Source of the DNA: Eledone cirrhosa
Lineage: Eukaryota
Length of the DNA: 64,000 bases
Assembly (NCBI GenBank): GCA_964016885.1
Contig: OZ024740.1
Coordinates: 326,306,001 to 326,370,000, forward strand
Reading direction: 5' to 3'
The position numbers and the translations under genes were made by a program. This document shows positions 12,329-24,623 of the stretch, in pieces (the first letter of the stretch is position 1; each line of letters starts with the position of its first letter). Under the pieces are notes generated by a model, which was not told the DNA's origin, made no database searches, and saw only the letters and a list, made by a program, of their open reading frames with translations.

Positions 12329-13099
12329 AGAGAGAATTCACAAGAATCAAAGCTATGTTCAAAGCATTTATTCACTTACAATTGTTTCATCCAAACCTAG
12401 GCTTGGAACCTTCGGAGTATTTTTCAATGTTTGTACACATGATTGACCTCCCTTCTAACGCAAGAGACATACAGATACATATGTATATATTGATGTACAG
12501 TGGAGTGACATATATTATATTATATTTCTGTATAGCAATTCAAATTCAAAATCAAAATCACATTAAAACAAAATCAAAGCAAAACTAAAATACAATCGGC
12601 AGTTAACATAGATAATGTAAGAGGATAGTTTGTTAGTCAGATGTAGTAGTTATTTTAGTTATTTTATGCGTTAGTTACACGTGGGGCATGCACGTGTGCC
12701 TCATTTATATATGATTATTGTGCGGCAGGGTGTTACATGTAATAGAAGCACTTAAAGCGGGTAAGTAAGAGTATTGTGGAGGTTGTAGTGGTAAGGTATT
12801 TTTTGTATATATGAAAACGCTTTAATAAAAAAAAAATATCAACTGTAATGTATGTATGCATGTATTTATGTGTTTATATGAGCGGGGATATGCAAGTAAA
12901 TCTTACTTTGTGGACAGCTTATCCTTAGCATAATATTCATGCATATATTTGAAAGTTTTCAGGGAGTTGAATTACTGATTTTGGATCGGCAGCTTTAGCT
13001 TTGAAAAAATGAAATGTGCAGTGTAAACATTTTTTATTATTCCTCCGGGAATGAATCTTCTCTGCATTTTTCCATCTCTTTCTTTCTCTCTGGAAGAAA

Positions 13100-13258
13100 T
13101 CAGCCGTAGTAAGACCTAAAAAAAATGGTTAGATACACCCTGACGCACAGTGCATCACGGTGGAGTTGAAAAGCAGACTCAGAACATGGCGTTGTGTGGA
13201 GGTGGCTCGCAGCCCAATGTTCCAGGGGGAGCAAAAGAAGAAGAAGAAGAAGAAGAAG
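13100..13258 (+). mobile_element. RTE-like LINE 3' remnant with (GAA)n tail
   Basis: RPKKKWLD-like coding remnant followed by a (GAA)7 tail. Confidence 0.4.
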
Positions 13259-13367
13259 TGAGCTGGAGTCCTATCAAATATGTAGGTTGTGTCTTAAATT
13301 GAAGGTTTAGTAGAAACAATTCATGTATAGTTTTGTACTTTTCTTTTTGTCATTCATATATAAACAA

Positions 13368-13500
13368 ATCTACTATATAAATTAGAAGTGGTCGGACGTT
13401 GTATATGTAGGTATAGTCGGATAAACGTCGAAACGGCTTGGTGGAATGCAGCGAAAATTTATAGTTATGCAGAATGACCCGAGGAGGCGTTGGGTCGACT
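13368..13500 (+). mobile_element. Nested Helitron 5' end
   Basis: A|TCTACTATATAAA start plus a subterminal AAACGGC...AAATTT motif like those in the other Helitron 5' regions here. Confidence 0.4.
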
Positions 13501-16009
13501 TTTAGGGTACAATCTTCCATGGATACGGAGAAAATCGATGAAACAGGAATTTCCCATTCAAATTGAACTGAGAGTAATTATTTCGAGAAACGTTGCAACC
13601 GAACGAAAACAGGAAGACGATATTTTGGTTCGTGAAGACGTTCCCTGGCAATGAACGGGAAAAAAGCGAGGATAATACGTCGTTATGTGGAGCGTAAAGA
13701 ACAATTTCATGCAAAGATAAGAACAAGTTTATGGTATAAATGGAGTCGTTAGACTAATATTCTATTTTAAATAACAATGATTTCCAGCCACGGAGTTTAA
13801 GAATGATGTAAATAAAATTGAAAACGAAAAGGACAGAGGTTATTAAAATAGTAAAAGTAAATAGTGAAGAATTACACCAGTACATACGTATGCCCCGACG
13901 GACATACACATACATACGCACACACAAATACATACCCCCCACCCCCACCCACACACGAACGCACGCGCGTATATATAAACCTTATGCATTTCTACAGTAT
14001 TTTCACCAAACTTAAGACATAGGTTACTTATGTACTCCGGATGGTCATGGGCACTGTCATTTTTCCAGATATTGATTATAGGGCCCCCCGGCAGATAACC
14101 CCTTTAACCACTTTAACCACTTCCTTGAAGTCGACTGAAGCACTGCAGTGCAATGCAACAAAACGTCATAACTTCTGGAGTTCGCAACCGATTTTCACAA
14201 AACTTGACACATGGGCTACGTTTGTCCTACAGATGAATGTGAACTCTCAGAATTGGCACATATTCGGTAGGGGACCCCTGGGGGCAGGAACCCCCTTTTG
14301 GAAAAAGCCGATGATTTTGTAAAAGAATAGTTTTCGAAGCAGCACTGAAGTATTGACATAAATGGTATACACAATTGCTATTTAATATCCGAGCATATAT
14401 TTATATATATATAAATATACCTGTAAACATATGTATATGTTTATCTATGCATGTATGTATATATAAAATATATATATATATATACCTGTAAACATATGTA
14501 TGTATTTATCTATGCGCGCATGCATATATAAAATATTGTCATATTTACCAAAATATTTTTCTAATATCGTATTTAATATTTTATATTGTCGTCTGCTTCT
14601 CTTCTCACAACATGTGGTTACTTACTGTCTCACTCTCTCTTTCTTTCCCCCCTCTCACACAGCCTCTTCTTTCTCTCTTTTTTTGCCAGTCCCTTGTCTC
14701 CCACAGCCTTCTCTCTCGCTCCCTTTTTTGTCTCTTTCTTTCTGTCACTGTTTCCCTCCTATAGACATTCTCTCCCTTTCTTTCCCCTCTCACACAGCCT
14801 CTTCTTTCTCTCTCTTTTTGCCTGTCCCTTCTCCCACACAGCTTTCTCTCTACCTCTCTCTCCCTTCCCTCCGGTTCCTTTTTTGTCTCTTTCTTTCTGT
14901 CGCTGTTTCCCTCCTACAGATATTCTCTCTCTTTAGTTTTGTGTCCCTCTCTCTCTTCTACTTCCTTCTCTTTCTCAATGTACCTCGTTTATCGGAGTTA
15001 TGAGTAAAAACATACACACGTATACGTACAGATATAAATATACATTTTTATCTTTATTGTTTTACTTTATAACATCCCTGACTATTTTTACTGTATTTTA
15101 ATTTTTTCATTTTTCATATATATTTTTATTCTTTATTTTTATTATTATATGTATCCATACCTTGTCTGACATTGTGTCTCACTATATCGCCAATTACCCT
15201 TGCTCATCTTTCAAATGTTCATGTTTGTATAAAATGAACATGTTTTCATTTGCACCCCTATAATGCTTAAAAACGTAAGATAGAAATCTGATTTTATTTT
15301 ATTGCTCCCTCTCCCTCTCCTTTTCTTGCTCTATCTCTCCTCTCTCTCTTACTTGCTGTCTCTCTCTCCCACTTCTACTTAATGAATTCCTATACAAGGT
15401 TCTCTTATTCGATTGTTTACTTTCAACTACTCCCAGTATGTGAGTGGCCAGAAGTAAATAAAAGTTTGAGAAACTTGTTGAAACTATAAAACGAATGAAA
15501 TGGTAAAAATGCATTACATAATGAAGTTGTGAAACAAAAACTATATTTTAAACGACACTTAAAACATTTTAAACATCAAAATATTAAAACTTCATAAATA
15601 TATTTTATACTCATGAGTATTTCAAAACCACACCATCTAAACATAATGTGTTGATTAGCTACCTCAGCTTATAAACGGGTTTTCGATTTTTGCCCATTTC
15701 TCAGGCATAAAATAGGAGCTTAGATTATATTTAGATCAGGTGATATTTGAGTATATATGGTAATGTCTCTGTTATGTCTAATTTAGGGAAAAGAGAAAAA
15801 AATAGAGAGGATAACAAAATATTATCAAATTCTGGATATCACTATATATGATTACCACATTGCTCTAGATTCAGCAACCCTAGAAAAAAGAAAAAGATGT
15901 ACCATTATATTAATGACTTTCTGTTTCTATTTCAAATGATATAAACTCATTAAGCTCGAAATTATATATATATAAGAAGAAATTAAAAGATGGTTAAAAA
16001 AGTTCCATA

Positions 16010-16080
16010 TATTTTATTATGCGCATTTCGAAAACAACATCATCCTGTGACAAAAAATTGTGTTCTCATCAGATAAAATA
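16010..16080 (-). ncRNA. Type I hammerhead ribozyme (Penelope-type minimal, palindromic stem III loop)
   Basis: Minus strand reads UAUUUUAU-CUGAUGA-[GAACACAA...UUGUUUUC]-GAAA-UGCGCA-UA/AUAAAAUA. Complete core, perfect 8-bp stem I, AUA cleavage triplet. Confidence 0.75.
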
Positions 16081-16742
16081 AGGTAATGTGATATGAGGCC
16101 TAAAAACACTTGTCAACAGGAAAGTGCAAAGTCTACATATGACAGAAATCTAAGAGTAAGAAAAAGATACGAATATAGAAGAAAAGGAAAGAAGGAGAAA
16201 AAGGAAAAAGAAAGAGAAGAGAGGAAAAAAGGAAAAAAAGAAAGAAGGAAGAGAGACACTTTTGATCAGGAACGCTGTCAAAATGAAACAAGCTGTAAAT
16301 AACGGTTAAAAAGTAAATTGATGGGTGTATGTGCGAATATTATAGAAGGTATTCAAATATTAGAGGTCTAAAATATAGAAACTGGGTATATTATTTTATA
16401 TTGGGTTTAAATACTAAAAATTGGATTAAGAAGTGTAAAAATGTATTAATAAAATAAAATTAAAAAAATTAAATTAAATTAAAATAAGTATAAAAAAGAT
16501 TTTTATAAAATAAAATAAAATTAAAAAATAAAAAGTCTACCTATGTCAAAATTAAAAATTTCTATTAAAATTCTATATATGTAGGGTATACTATTTAATT
16601 TATATTTTATATCAACAAGTAAATAAAGGAAATTGCTAGAATGATTTATAAACTTAGAAAAACATATGACGCCATAGTTTGTTTACAAAATTTGCGAAGG
16701 TTTGAACGAAAATCTAAGGCTATAGAAAAAAGGTCAAACAGA

Positions 16743-16806
16743 TTAAAGTTTAAGCAAAGAATCGCTGCTTAACGGTGAAAGCAGTGATTCTTTGCTTAAA
16801 CTTTAA
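16743..16806. repeat. 28-bp inverted repeat hairpin (8-nt loop)
   Basis: TTAAAGTTTAAGCAAAGAATCGCTGCTT / AAGCAGTGATTCTTTGCTTAAACTTTAA, with one G-T pair. Confidence 0.9.
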
Positions 16807-17143
16807 ACTGTTATTTTAATAAATATTATAGCATCTACTTATTCTGACAAGAATCGAAATTTCTAATCGTCTGCAAGTGGTGGACATTTGTTATACTCTG
16901 CGCAATCCATAAAAGGGAAATAACTCGTCTCTCAGCTCTATTTATACATTTAAACTGAAAAATCAATACATTACAAATTCGATTTTGGCGTGGGTTGATT
17001 TGAAAATGTTTTTTGACCGATGTCTCTGCTGGACCGTCATCTATAAGTGTAGCAATTTCAGCGAAATTTGAACGTACGGTTTAAGAGATGTGTGCCGACG
17101 GTTTTAGTAGACAGACAGACAACCTCAGTTTTATATATATAGA

Positions 17144-18327
17144 CTAGCAAAAATCAACCCGGTGGGCGGTTTTCTGCTAGCAAATCTAGTGTATATACTG
17201 ATATTGTTGAGATTTGGATGAGAAATGTTTTCGGCACCACATGTTCACCGTCTCTCGGTGTGTCTTTTATGCATGTATAAATATATATGTTATCTATACG
17301 GTGAAATCTTTGAAATAAATATGTTAAAACGAAAAAGGAGAAAAAGAGATTAGTGACGGAAATATAAACGTTATGATATAACGATGGAAATATATCTTCA
17401 AATGGTCCTTGGCATGGTTCTCAAGTCAGAACCGCCTCGAACTGGTTACTTCTGGCTTGTGCAAGGTGTCTCTATAGCAACCAGCGATTCCCTCGGCCTC
17501 AGTGACCAAAGTCAGTGGAGAGGGGAAGGTAATGTTTCTATAGCGACAGTGTTTCTCTTGGTAGTACCAAAGTGGAGAAAGGAAGGGGAAGGTAATATTT
17601 CTGTAGCACCTACATTTGAGTTTTAGGGAAGGACAGACAGACAGACAGACAAACAGAGAAATGCCCATGTATTTCTGGGTGTGTATATATATATATATAT
17701 TACACACACAGAAATGTATATATATTTCTGTGTGTGTATATATATATATATTACACACACAGAAATGTATATATATTTCTGTGTGTGTATATATATATAT
17801 ATTACACACACAGAAATGTATATATATTTCTTAGAACAAAATTATTATTAATGTTTTGCTGTTCATAACAATTGGAATTGAAAAATTACTTTTGAAATTA
17901 TTAGTTATTTACTAATGCTTAGATATGTAAAAATGAAGCAATGTTTCTAATAATTGTTTCTACTTTTGGCACAAGGCCAGCAATTACCCAGTACATTACT
18001 GGTACTTTATTTTATCGACCCCGTGAGGATGAAAGGCAAAGTTAACCTCGGCAGTATTTGAACTCAGACCGTAAAGGGACGTAACTCCATGCTATGAAGC
18101 ATGGTGTCCGACTCTCTACAGATTCTGCCAATCCACCACCCTAATGTCTGTACGTAATGAGGGAGTGAGAGGGGAGAGAAAGAAAGGCAGAGGTGAAGAG
18201 ACGAAGTGACTCTCTCCTCCTCATCCTCCCCATTCGTCACAGCGATAGAGGGGAGGAATGTTAGTGTGTTACAAAGAGAAAGAGTGAGAGTGAGAGAAAC
18301 AGACAGACTAAAAGAGAGGGATAGCTG
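17144..18327 (-). mobile_element. Non-autonomous Helitron, 3' part (truncated by the gap; complete copy at 33726-35295)
   Basis: CTAG at 17144-17147 with hairpin CTAGCAAAAATCAACCC-GGT-GGGCGGTTTTCTGCTAG. Its 3' region is homologous to 54480-54803. Confidence 0.6.
17955..18138 (-). mobile_element. tRNA-derived SINE (family A)
   Basis: Head GGTGGATTGGCAG, B-box GAGTTCAAAT, core GCCTTTCATCCT..GGGGTCGATAAAATAAAGTACCAG; several copies in the window. Confidence 0.85.
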
Positions 18328-18527
18328 NNNNNNNNNNNNNNNNNNNNNNNNNNNNNNNNNNNNNNNNNNNNNNNNNNNNNNNNNNNNNNNNNNNNNNNNN
18401 NNNNNNNNNNNNNNNNNNNNNNNNNNNNNNNNNNNNNNNNNNNNNNNNNNNNNNNNNNNNNNNNNNNNNNNNNNNNNNNNNNNNNNNNNNNNNNNNNNNN
18501 NNNNNNNNNNNNNNNNNNNNNNNNNNN
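18328..18527. other. Assembly gap (200 N)
   Basis: Run of N. Confidence 1.
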
Positions 18528-19472
18528 AAAAAAGATTTATCGCTATTTTTTTTGTTGTTGAATAAATTTATCTGTTGCTTTTGAATAATTGTTGTTTCGT
18601 ATGAAATGTAATAAGTTCTCTTTGTCATTGAAGTAAATAAATGTTTGACCGTTCCACACTCAAAAACAAACGTTCTTTCTCTCTCCCCCTCACTCTCTCT
18701 CTCTCTCTCTCTCTCTCTTAAAGTTTAAGGGGAGTAGAGAGAGGGGTAAAGCGTCATGTATTTAGTTTTATCGATTATTTCCGTAATTGTGGGTGAGTGT
18801 GAATGAAATAAATAGTCGTTGACCTAAGTTAGACAATTTACAAACATTCTTACAGACTTTGAGTCGAATCGGTTTGAAATTGTGCAAATGTATAAACATG
18901 GAACATGCACACACACACACACACACACAACAACAACAATCTGCCTTTTATAGATAATGATATATACTAGCAAATGCCCCCCGTCCATTGGACAGTGTTA
19001 GTTCTTGGTAGGACTGCAGTCTTAATGGTGAAATTCCGTCTTGTCGATGTTTAACATGGAGGATAATTTTACGTGATCAAATCTTTCAATCAACAATGAG
19101 ACGGTATTCAAAAAGAGCATGTTTTATTTATAGATATCTGTCATTAAAATGTGAAAATAGAGAAATATCGAAAATAGAAAATAGAGAAAAATGAAAATAT
19201 CGTTTTGAATGTCGTTTAATTGACTGAATGGTTGAAGAATCAGTACAAAAAGCATAAACGACAGTTCGGTTGACATGAAGGCAATCTGTAAGAAACTACA
19301 TGTGTAATTGAATTATGAAATAACCTGGGGCATGTGGAAAGCTGTCCATTGAAATGAAAAAATGGTTGATTTCATCAATGGCCATTTGTTGGAAGAGTAA
19401 CATTACCTATTGTGAAAAGTAAGTAATCGCAATAAGGACCAACCTGAAGGGGCTTTCAACTCCACGGAAAAA

Positions 19473-22400
19473 CTATTGGAGGGCTGCCTTGTAAACCACA
19501 TTTTTTGTCAATCTTCCGGGAGCGTAGTAAAAGAGATTGCCCGAGTTTCCAACTCTTGAACATCCCACATACAGTTGTCCGTGTGAAAAGCATGGAGTAC
19601 TGAGGTCCAGCCCAACCACTTTTAGTGACTGCCCCTGGGCTTTGTTAATGGTCATTGCAAAACTTAATCGAATGGGGAATTGGACTCTTTTCATCGGAAA
19701 GACACAGTCAGTTGGAATAAATAGAACTCGGGAAATAAAAACAGAGTCGCTAGCGCCTTTCCCGTAATGATTGTAACCTCGAGAAAGTCATCCAACATTT
19801 GCATTATAACCAAGCGTGTGCCATTGCAAAGCCGAGGAGGTTCCAAGTTTCTCAAGAGTATGATGGGACTTCCAAGTCTTAGGCAGAGTTTATGCGGTGG
19901 CATTCGCGATGGCTCTTGTGAGTTTAAAAACTCTGTTGGATAAAACGTTACTTGCGTCGGATCCGTAATCGAATCAATCGAAGCATGACATCGCTCTTGG
20001 GAAGGAAGTTGACAAAGCAGACATGTGTTAAGAGCTTGGACGGTGGCATTTGTAGGAGCTAAGATGGCCCTTTCACACATCCATTGATGACTGACGTAAT
20101 TTGTTGAGAGGTCGGGGTAAACTCTTGTGCAAATGTCCTCAGGGCTGGAGACGTAGTTACCGATGGTACTTATGTCAACCAAACCGTTTACGTCGATTGG
20201 TAAGTTCCCATTACCAACATCCAATAACTTTGAAGCAAAGTAATTGACACCGTCTTGTTGGTGGAGAATCGATCGCATGTTGATGGTTAACTTTCTCGAC
20301 TGGACGAAGCGCCAAAGATGAGAATGTTTAATGCAAGCATCTATTTCATCAACTGGTTGGCCTTTTGGGACAATGGGAAGTGTTTGACGAAAATCCCCAG
20401 CAAGAAGCAGAACGACGCCACCGAACGGTTTAGAGTTGGAGTGCAGGTTTTGTAGCGTTGTATTGATTGCATCAAGTGCTCTTGTGGGACATTCTTACCT
20501 CGTCCCAGACAATCAATTTGCATTTTTGAAAGACAGCAGCCTCATCAGAATTCTTCTTTATATTGGTGGTCGGATTTTCAACATGGCCGATGTTAAGGGG
20601 AAGCTTAAATTTTGAATGGACTGTTCTGTCGCCGTCTAGCAGTGTTGCTGCTATTCCTGAAGACGCCATTGCAATGGCAATCTGTCCACGTTGGCGAACT
20701 TTGGCAAGATGGAGGTTGAGGAGAAATGTCTTTCCTGTGCCATCTGGCGCATCAAGGAAATGGCTGCCACCGTTGGTGTCTTCAAGCATGGTCAAAACAA
20801 AAGTATAGACATCAGCTTGGTCAAGATTCAAAAGTTTTTCTCTTTCTAGAACATAGGACAGAAGCCTGGCAGCCCCGTAGCATGTCTCCCTTAGTAGGGG
20901 GGGGCGGTTACAAACAGCCTCATTTTCTCTTTTAGGGGATTCCATACAGTAGTTCTTCAAGGGACGGTCACCCATTTACAAAAGTATATCTTCTAGAAAT
21001 ATGAGACCGCAGTTGTATATTTCAGGTGTAAACTGTAAATTCATGTGTGTGGACGCGAAGCGAGATTGCATTAGGATGTCCAAGCACATGCTGTCGCGAT
21101 ATTTCTCCCAGAAAGATGGATTCCCAAGACTGCAGTACACTAGCATAACAGCGAAAAGCTTACGAAGAGCAATTGATGACTGCAACATTGATGCTTCATG
21201 GAGGGCGTGGTCATAGTGATCATTGTCGAGAAGAGCTAATTTGGAGCAGGCTTCTTTAAATGTTGAACAAATATGGCCATTGGCGGTACGAAGGTCTTCA
21301 AAGGAAGTTGGACCTTTGACAACGTGCAATAGAAGACTAGGGTGAAAGCATTCTGAATTGAGCGGGTGAACTGTGTACACTCTTGAGAGGGCATCAGACT
21401 CACGCATCGAAGCATCCCTTTGTGAAATGCATCCTCGCTTTCTCCTTTGCAAACAGCGGGAAGATTTATTCCACGTATAGAATGTAGACAACTCCGCATA
21501 AAGAAGTGTTCTGGCAAGAGAGTCAGAAGTACAAAGTTCAAAGAATCCGGTAAGGGTCGTTCTTCGAGGTTGTCTTGCACAGTCAAGAATATTTTCTTGG
21601 TTAAAATACACCTGTTGACCATTCTCCAAATGAACGCTGAGGTGAATAACTGCAGGTTCACGTTCATGGATCGGAAAACCGAATATGCGCCAAAATGCCT
21701 CGTTAGAAGAGATGAAGCGTCCAGTTTGGAAAAACGTGACTTCATCAGCGTTATCAGTTTTAGCCAACTATTGGATTGATTTTACGGAGTTGCAGAATTC
21801 AACATTAATGTGGCTGAAAACATTTTACAAAGCACCTTGTTATGTGGTACAACCCATCGGTTGTCGATATTGAAATCTTGACCACCAACCATTGTTATAG
21901 CTGCCTCCTGTGGTGCCCTGCGACGGTATAAAGGGTAGCCATCATCACCAGTTTTGGTTTCATGGATAAGTTTAGTGGCTAACGCTTTGTATATTTCCCA
22001 TTATCCATGCAGATTTAGGTGGCCTCGCGGTCCATGGATCATGTTGGCTTTTATAATTTGAAAAAAGACAGGGTCGTCTTGGGGATTTGGCAATTCAGCA
22101 CTTATAACGGAATCAACACCAGTTGACATGAGCTTTTTTTGAAGCCAAAGGAGAATATGGGCATCTGGGAGTCCTCTCTTCTGCCATTCTACGGTGTACA
22201 TGAAACACCTTACTGGTCCAAAAAGTTGTCCGTATTTTATAACATCCATCATTTTCATAAGTTTTAGGTAAAAGACTCTAGATGTGATATCATGCCTGTG
22301 TGAAGGATTTTGGCCATGAAGTAAGTGAGACTGGATGTTAAACCATTTTGGATTGCATGTGAAGGTGATGAAAATATCGGGACGGCCACAATGGCGGACA

Positions 22401-24030
22401 TAGGTCAGAGCATCCTGCATTTTTTCATGCATGTAACGGGGTCCTCCAGAGTATGACGATGGGAGAATGACAGAAAGCCCAACATCCGAAGCAATAACCT
22501 GATCATTTCGGTTGACTTCGTCACGTAGAAGGCCGTATTCTTCTGAACGCAGTTCCTTTTGATGGTGTCTTATCCATTGGAGGCGTTCAATGTCAATCTG
22601 GAAAAGGAAGAAATTGTTGTGGTAAATATTGAGTGAACTGGCTAAGGAAATTTTCTGAACGAAATCATAAAATAAGAAATAGTTACCTTAGCAAATACGT
22701 CTACACAGTATTGATTGAGGAGCATCCGTGTTCTATGCAGAATGTTGATGTCGTTTTTGCGAACCATAAGCCTAAATGCATAAAATTCCTTTTGTAAAAT
22801 GGTTTTCCGTGGTTGAAGATGCATTAAAGTTACCGGATTATACTTTGGCAAGTCAATGCGGTAGCCATCATCGCCAAAGGGGAACAGTAATGGATATTGG
22901 AGGGCATCATATGCAGGATGAAGTTCATTTATTTTTTGAAGACACGAGTCCTGCCATTCAAGAACAATATCACGGTTTGAAGCACTCCTATTAGGACTTG
23001 TTATAAGCACCGCAACTTCATCGGTTTGGGGTCTGTTAAAGCAACGCTGATGTTGCCCTGGTGGAGCGTGGTCACCTCGAATGACAACCTTGAATTGATT
23101 GGTGTTAGCATCTCTACGCTGAAAAGCAGTTTTGAAAATGGTGACGTAGGGGTTTATGGTATGAAGCATATATTGAAGGGGCTGCAGAAGAAAAGGTATT
23201 GTTCCTTTAGCAACTGAAGCTCTTCGTGCAGTTTCTTCAGGTCCGTTCCCCATAAAGTAAATCTGGAGAAAACTGTGTTCATCGCCATCTTGTGGAATAA
23301 GGGAGCCAATTTGATGGTAAATTTGGTCTTGCACTTTGAATGTGGGCATATACTTTCCATGTTTCATTGGTGTATTACCAAAGCTTGTCATTTGGAAAGC
23401 CGAATTGTAGGCTCTTATATTTCTAAGAAAGTGTTTAGAATCAGGGTGGTCTCCAAGCAGCAGAGAATTCAAAGGTTCGGCACTGACTTGTAAATGAGGC
23501 AATCTAACCATTCCATTGGAGCAGCATATACCGGTAGATTCTGCTGGCCACCTCATTGCGTTACAATAGACGCAAAAAGTTGACATGCTACCAATGATGA
23601 AATGTGGGTGGGAGGCGTAGTCCTCTTGGAGGCTGTAATGAAAAGACTTCTTAGACCAGTAACAGGAAGAAACCCTCGGAAAGACATGAGAACACATTTT
23701 CCGTTGAGAATCAGCCGCAAGCCTTGTTGCCCTTTGGTCAACAGTCTCTAAAGCACGGCTATTTGAAGTTGAAGCAGCATCGCAAGCAAGCCGGAGTTCT
23801 GCTTGTTCAGCAATCTGTAATGCTCTGGCCTTCGAAATAGAAGTAGCATTGCGAGCAAGCCGGAGTTCTGCTTGTTCAGTTGACTGTAATGCTCTGGCGA
23901 TCGAAGTAGAAGCAACATTGCGATCACGCCGTAGCATACATTGTTCTTCTGTCTCGCTTGCGCGCAAAAAACGCAAAGCAAAAGCATTTCTTGGTTTTCT
24001 TCCAATGTGACTCTTGCTTTTTCGAGGCAT
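19473..24030 (-). pseudogene. Helitron RepHel pseudogene, second copy
   Basis: Identical translation to 2889-7446. Confidence 0.93.
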
Positions 24031-24623
24031 TCTATGGAAAATCTGTAATTGAATAAATCCGAAACAAACCATTAACTGTCAACCAGAGACTAATATACTA
24101 CAGAACCTACTGCAAATGTTCAATGTGCTATAAAGAAAATATCATTACAAACTGACTGATCACCGAGAAGAAATTGTGTAACACAATGCTGTAAAATATA
24201 TGTATATGTCGTTAAGGAATTGTCGCTTATAGCAACTATATTCCGTGACATCGGCAATCAAATTACTGAGTACAATACTTGTCTACCTTGTAGGTTCTAG
24301 AAGTATTACAGTTCATCAGTGCTAATTAATAAAAGAGTCTTGTAATACACAATATACAGCGTCATCTAAAGTGGTTATGTTTCTTTTATAAAAACATCTC
24401 GCCTCCTCCTTTAGTAATGTGTAAAATTTTAAGAGATCGGATGAATAATACGCAAGTTATAATACTTTACACACACAGACAGAATGGGACTCGATCTCAT
24501 CCAAAATCTGTAATTGAATGCATCTGAAACAAATCAAATCAAAGAAATTTACCTGGTTGCTGTTTATAGGACTTCTAATGAAGATTTTGAATGCAAAGTC
24601 CCATAAGGATTAGAAAAATGGCG

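Larger units (their letters stand above)
11845..17143 (-). mobile_element. Putative 5.3-kb non-autonomous, cargo-carrying Helitron
   Basis: 5' TCTATATATATAAAACTGAGGTTGTCTGTCTGTC at 17143. 3' CTAG|T at 11845-11848 with long hairpin TAGCAGAAAACCACCC-GGT-GGGTGGTTTTCTGCTA. Pairing these two ends as one element is inferred, and the interior contains other nested repeats. Confidence 0.45.

Noticed and set aside
11268-12446. ORFs rich in [12 protein letters not shown] (also 44-274, 17426-17834, 27852-29028, 34008-35348)
   Set aside because: Translations of TA/CA micro- and minisatellites.
14500-15003. 167-aa Leu/Ser/Phe ORF (and 31082-31585)
   Set aside because: Low-complexity CT-rich repeat with an internal duplication; no domain signal.
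15668-15714. Possible second hammerhead partner (TATTTTATGCCTGAGAA...CGAAA, minus strand)
   Set aside because: Core is CUGAGAA rather than CUGANGA and stem II does not form.
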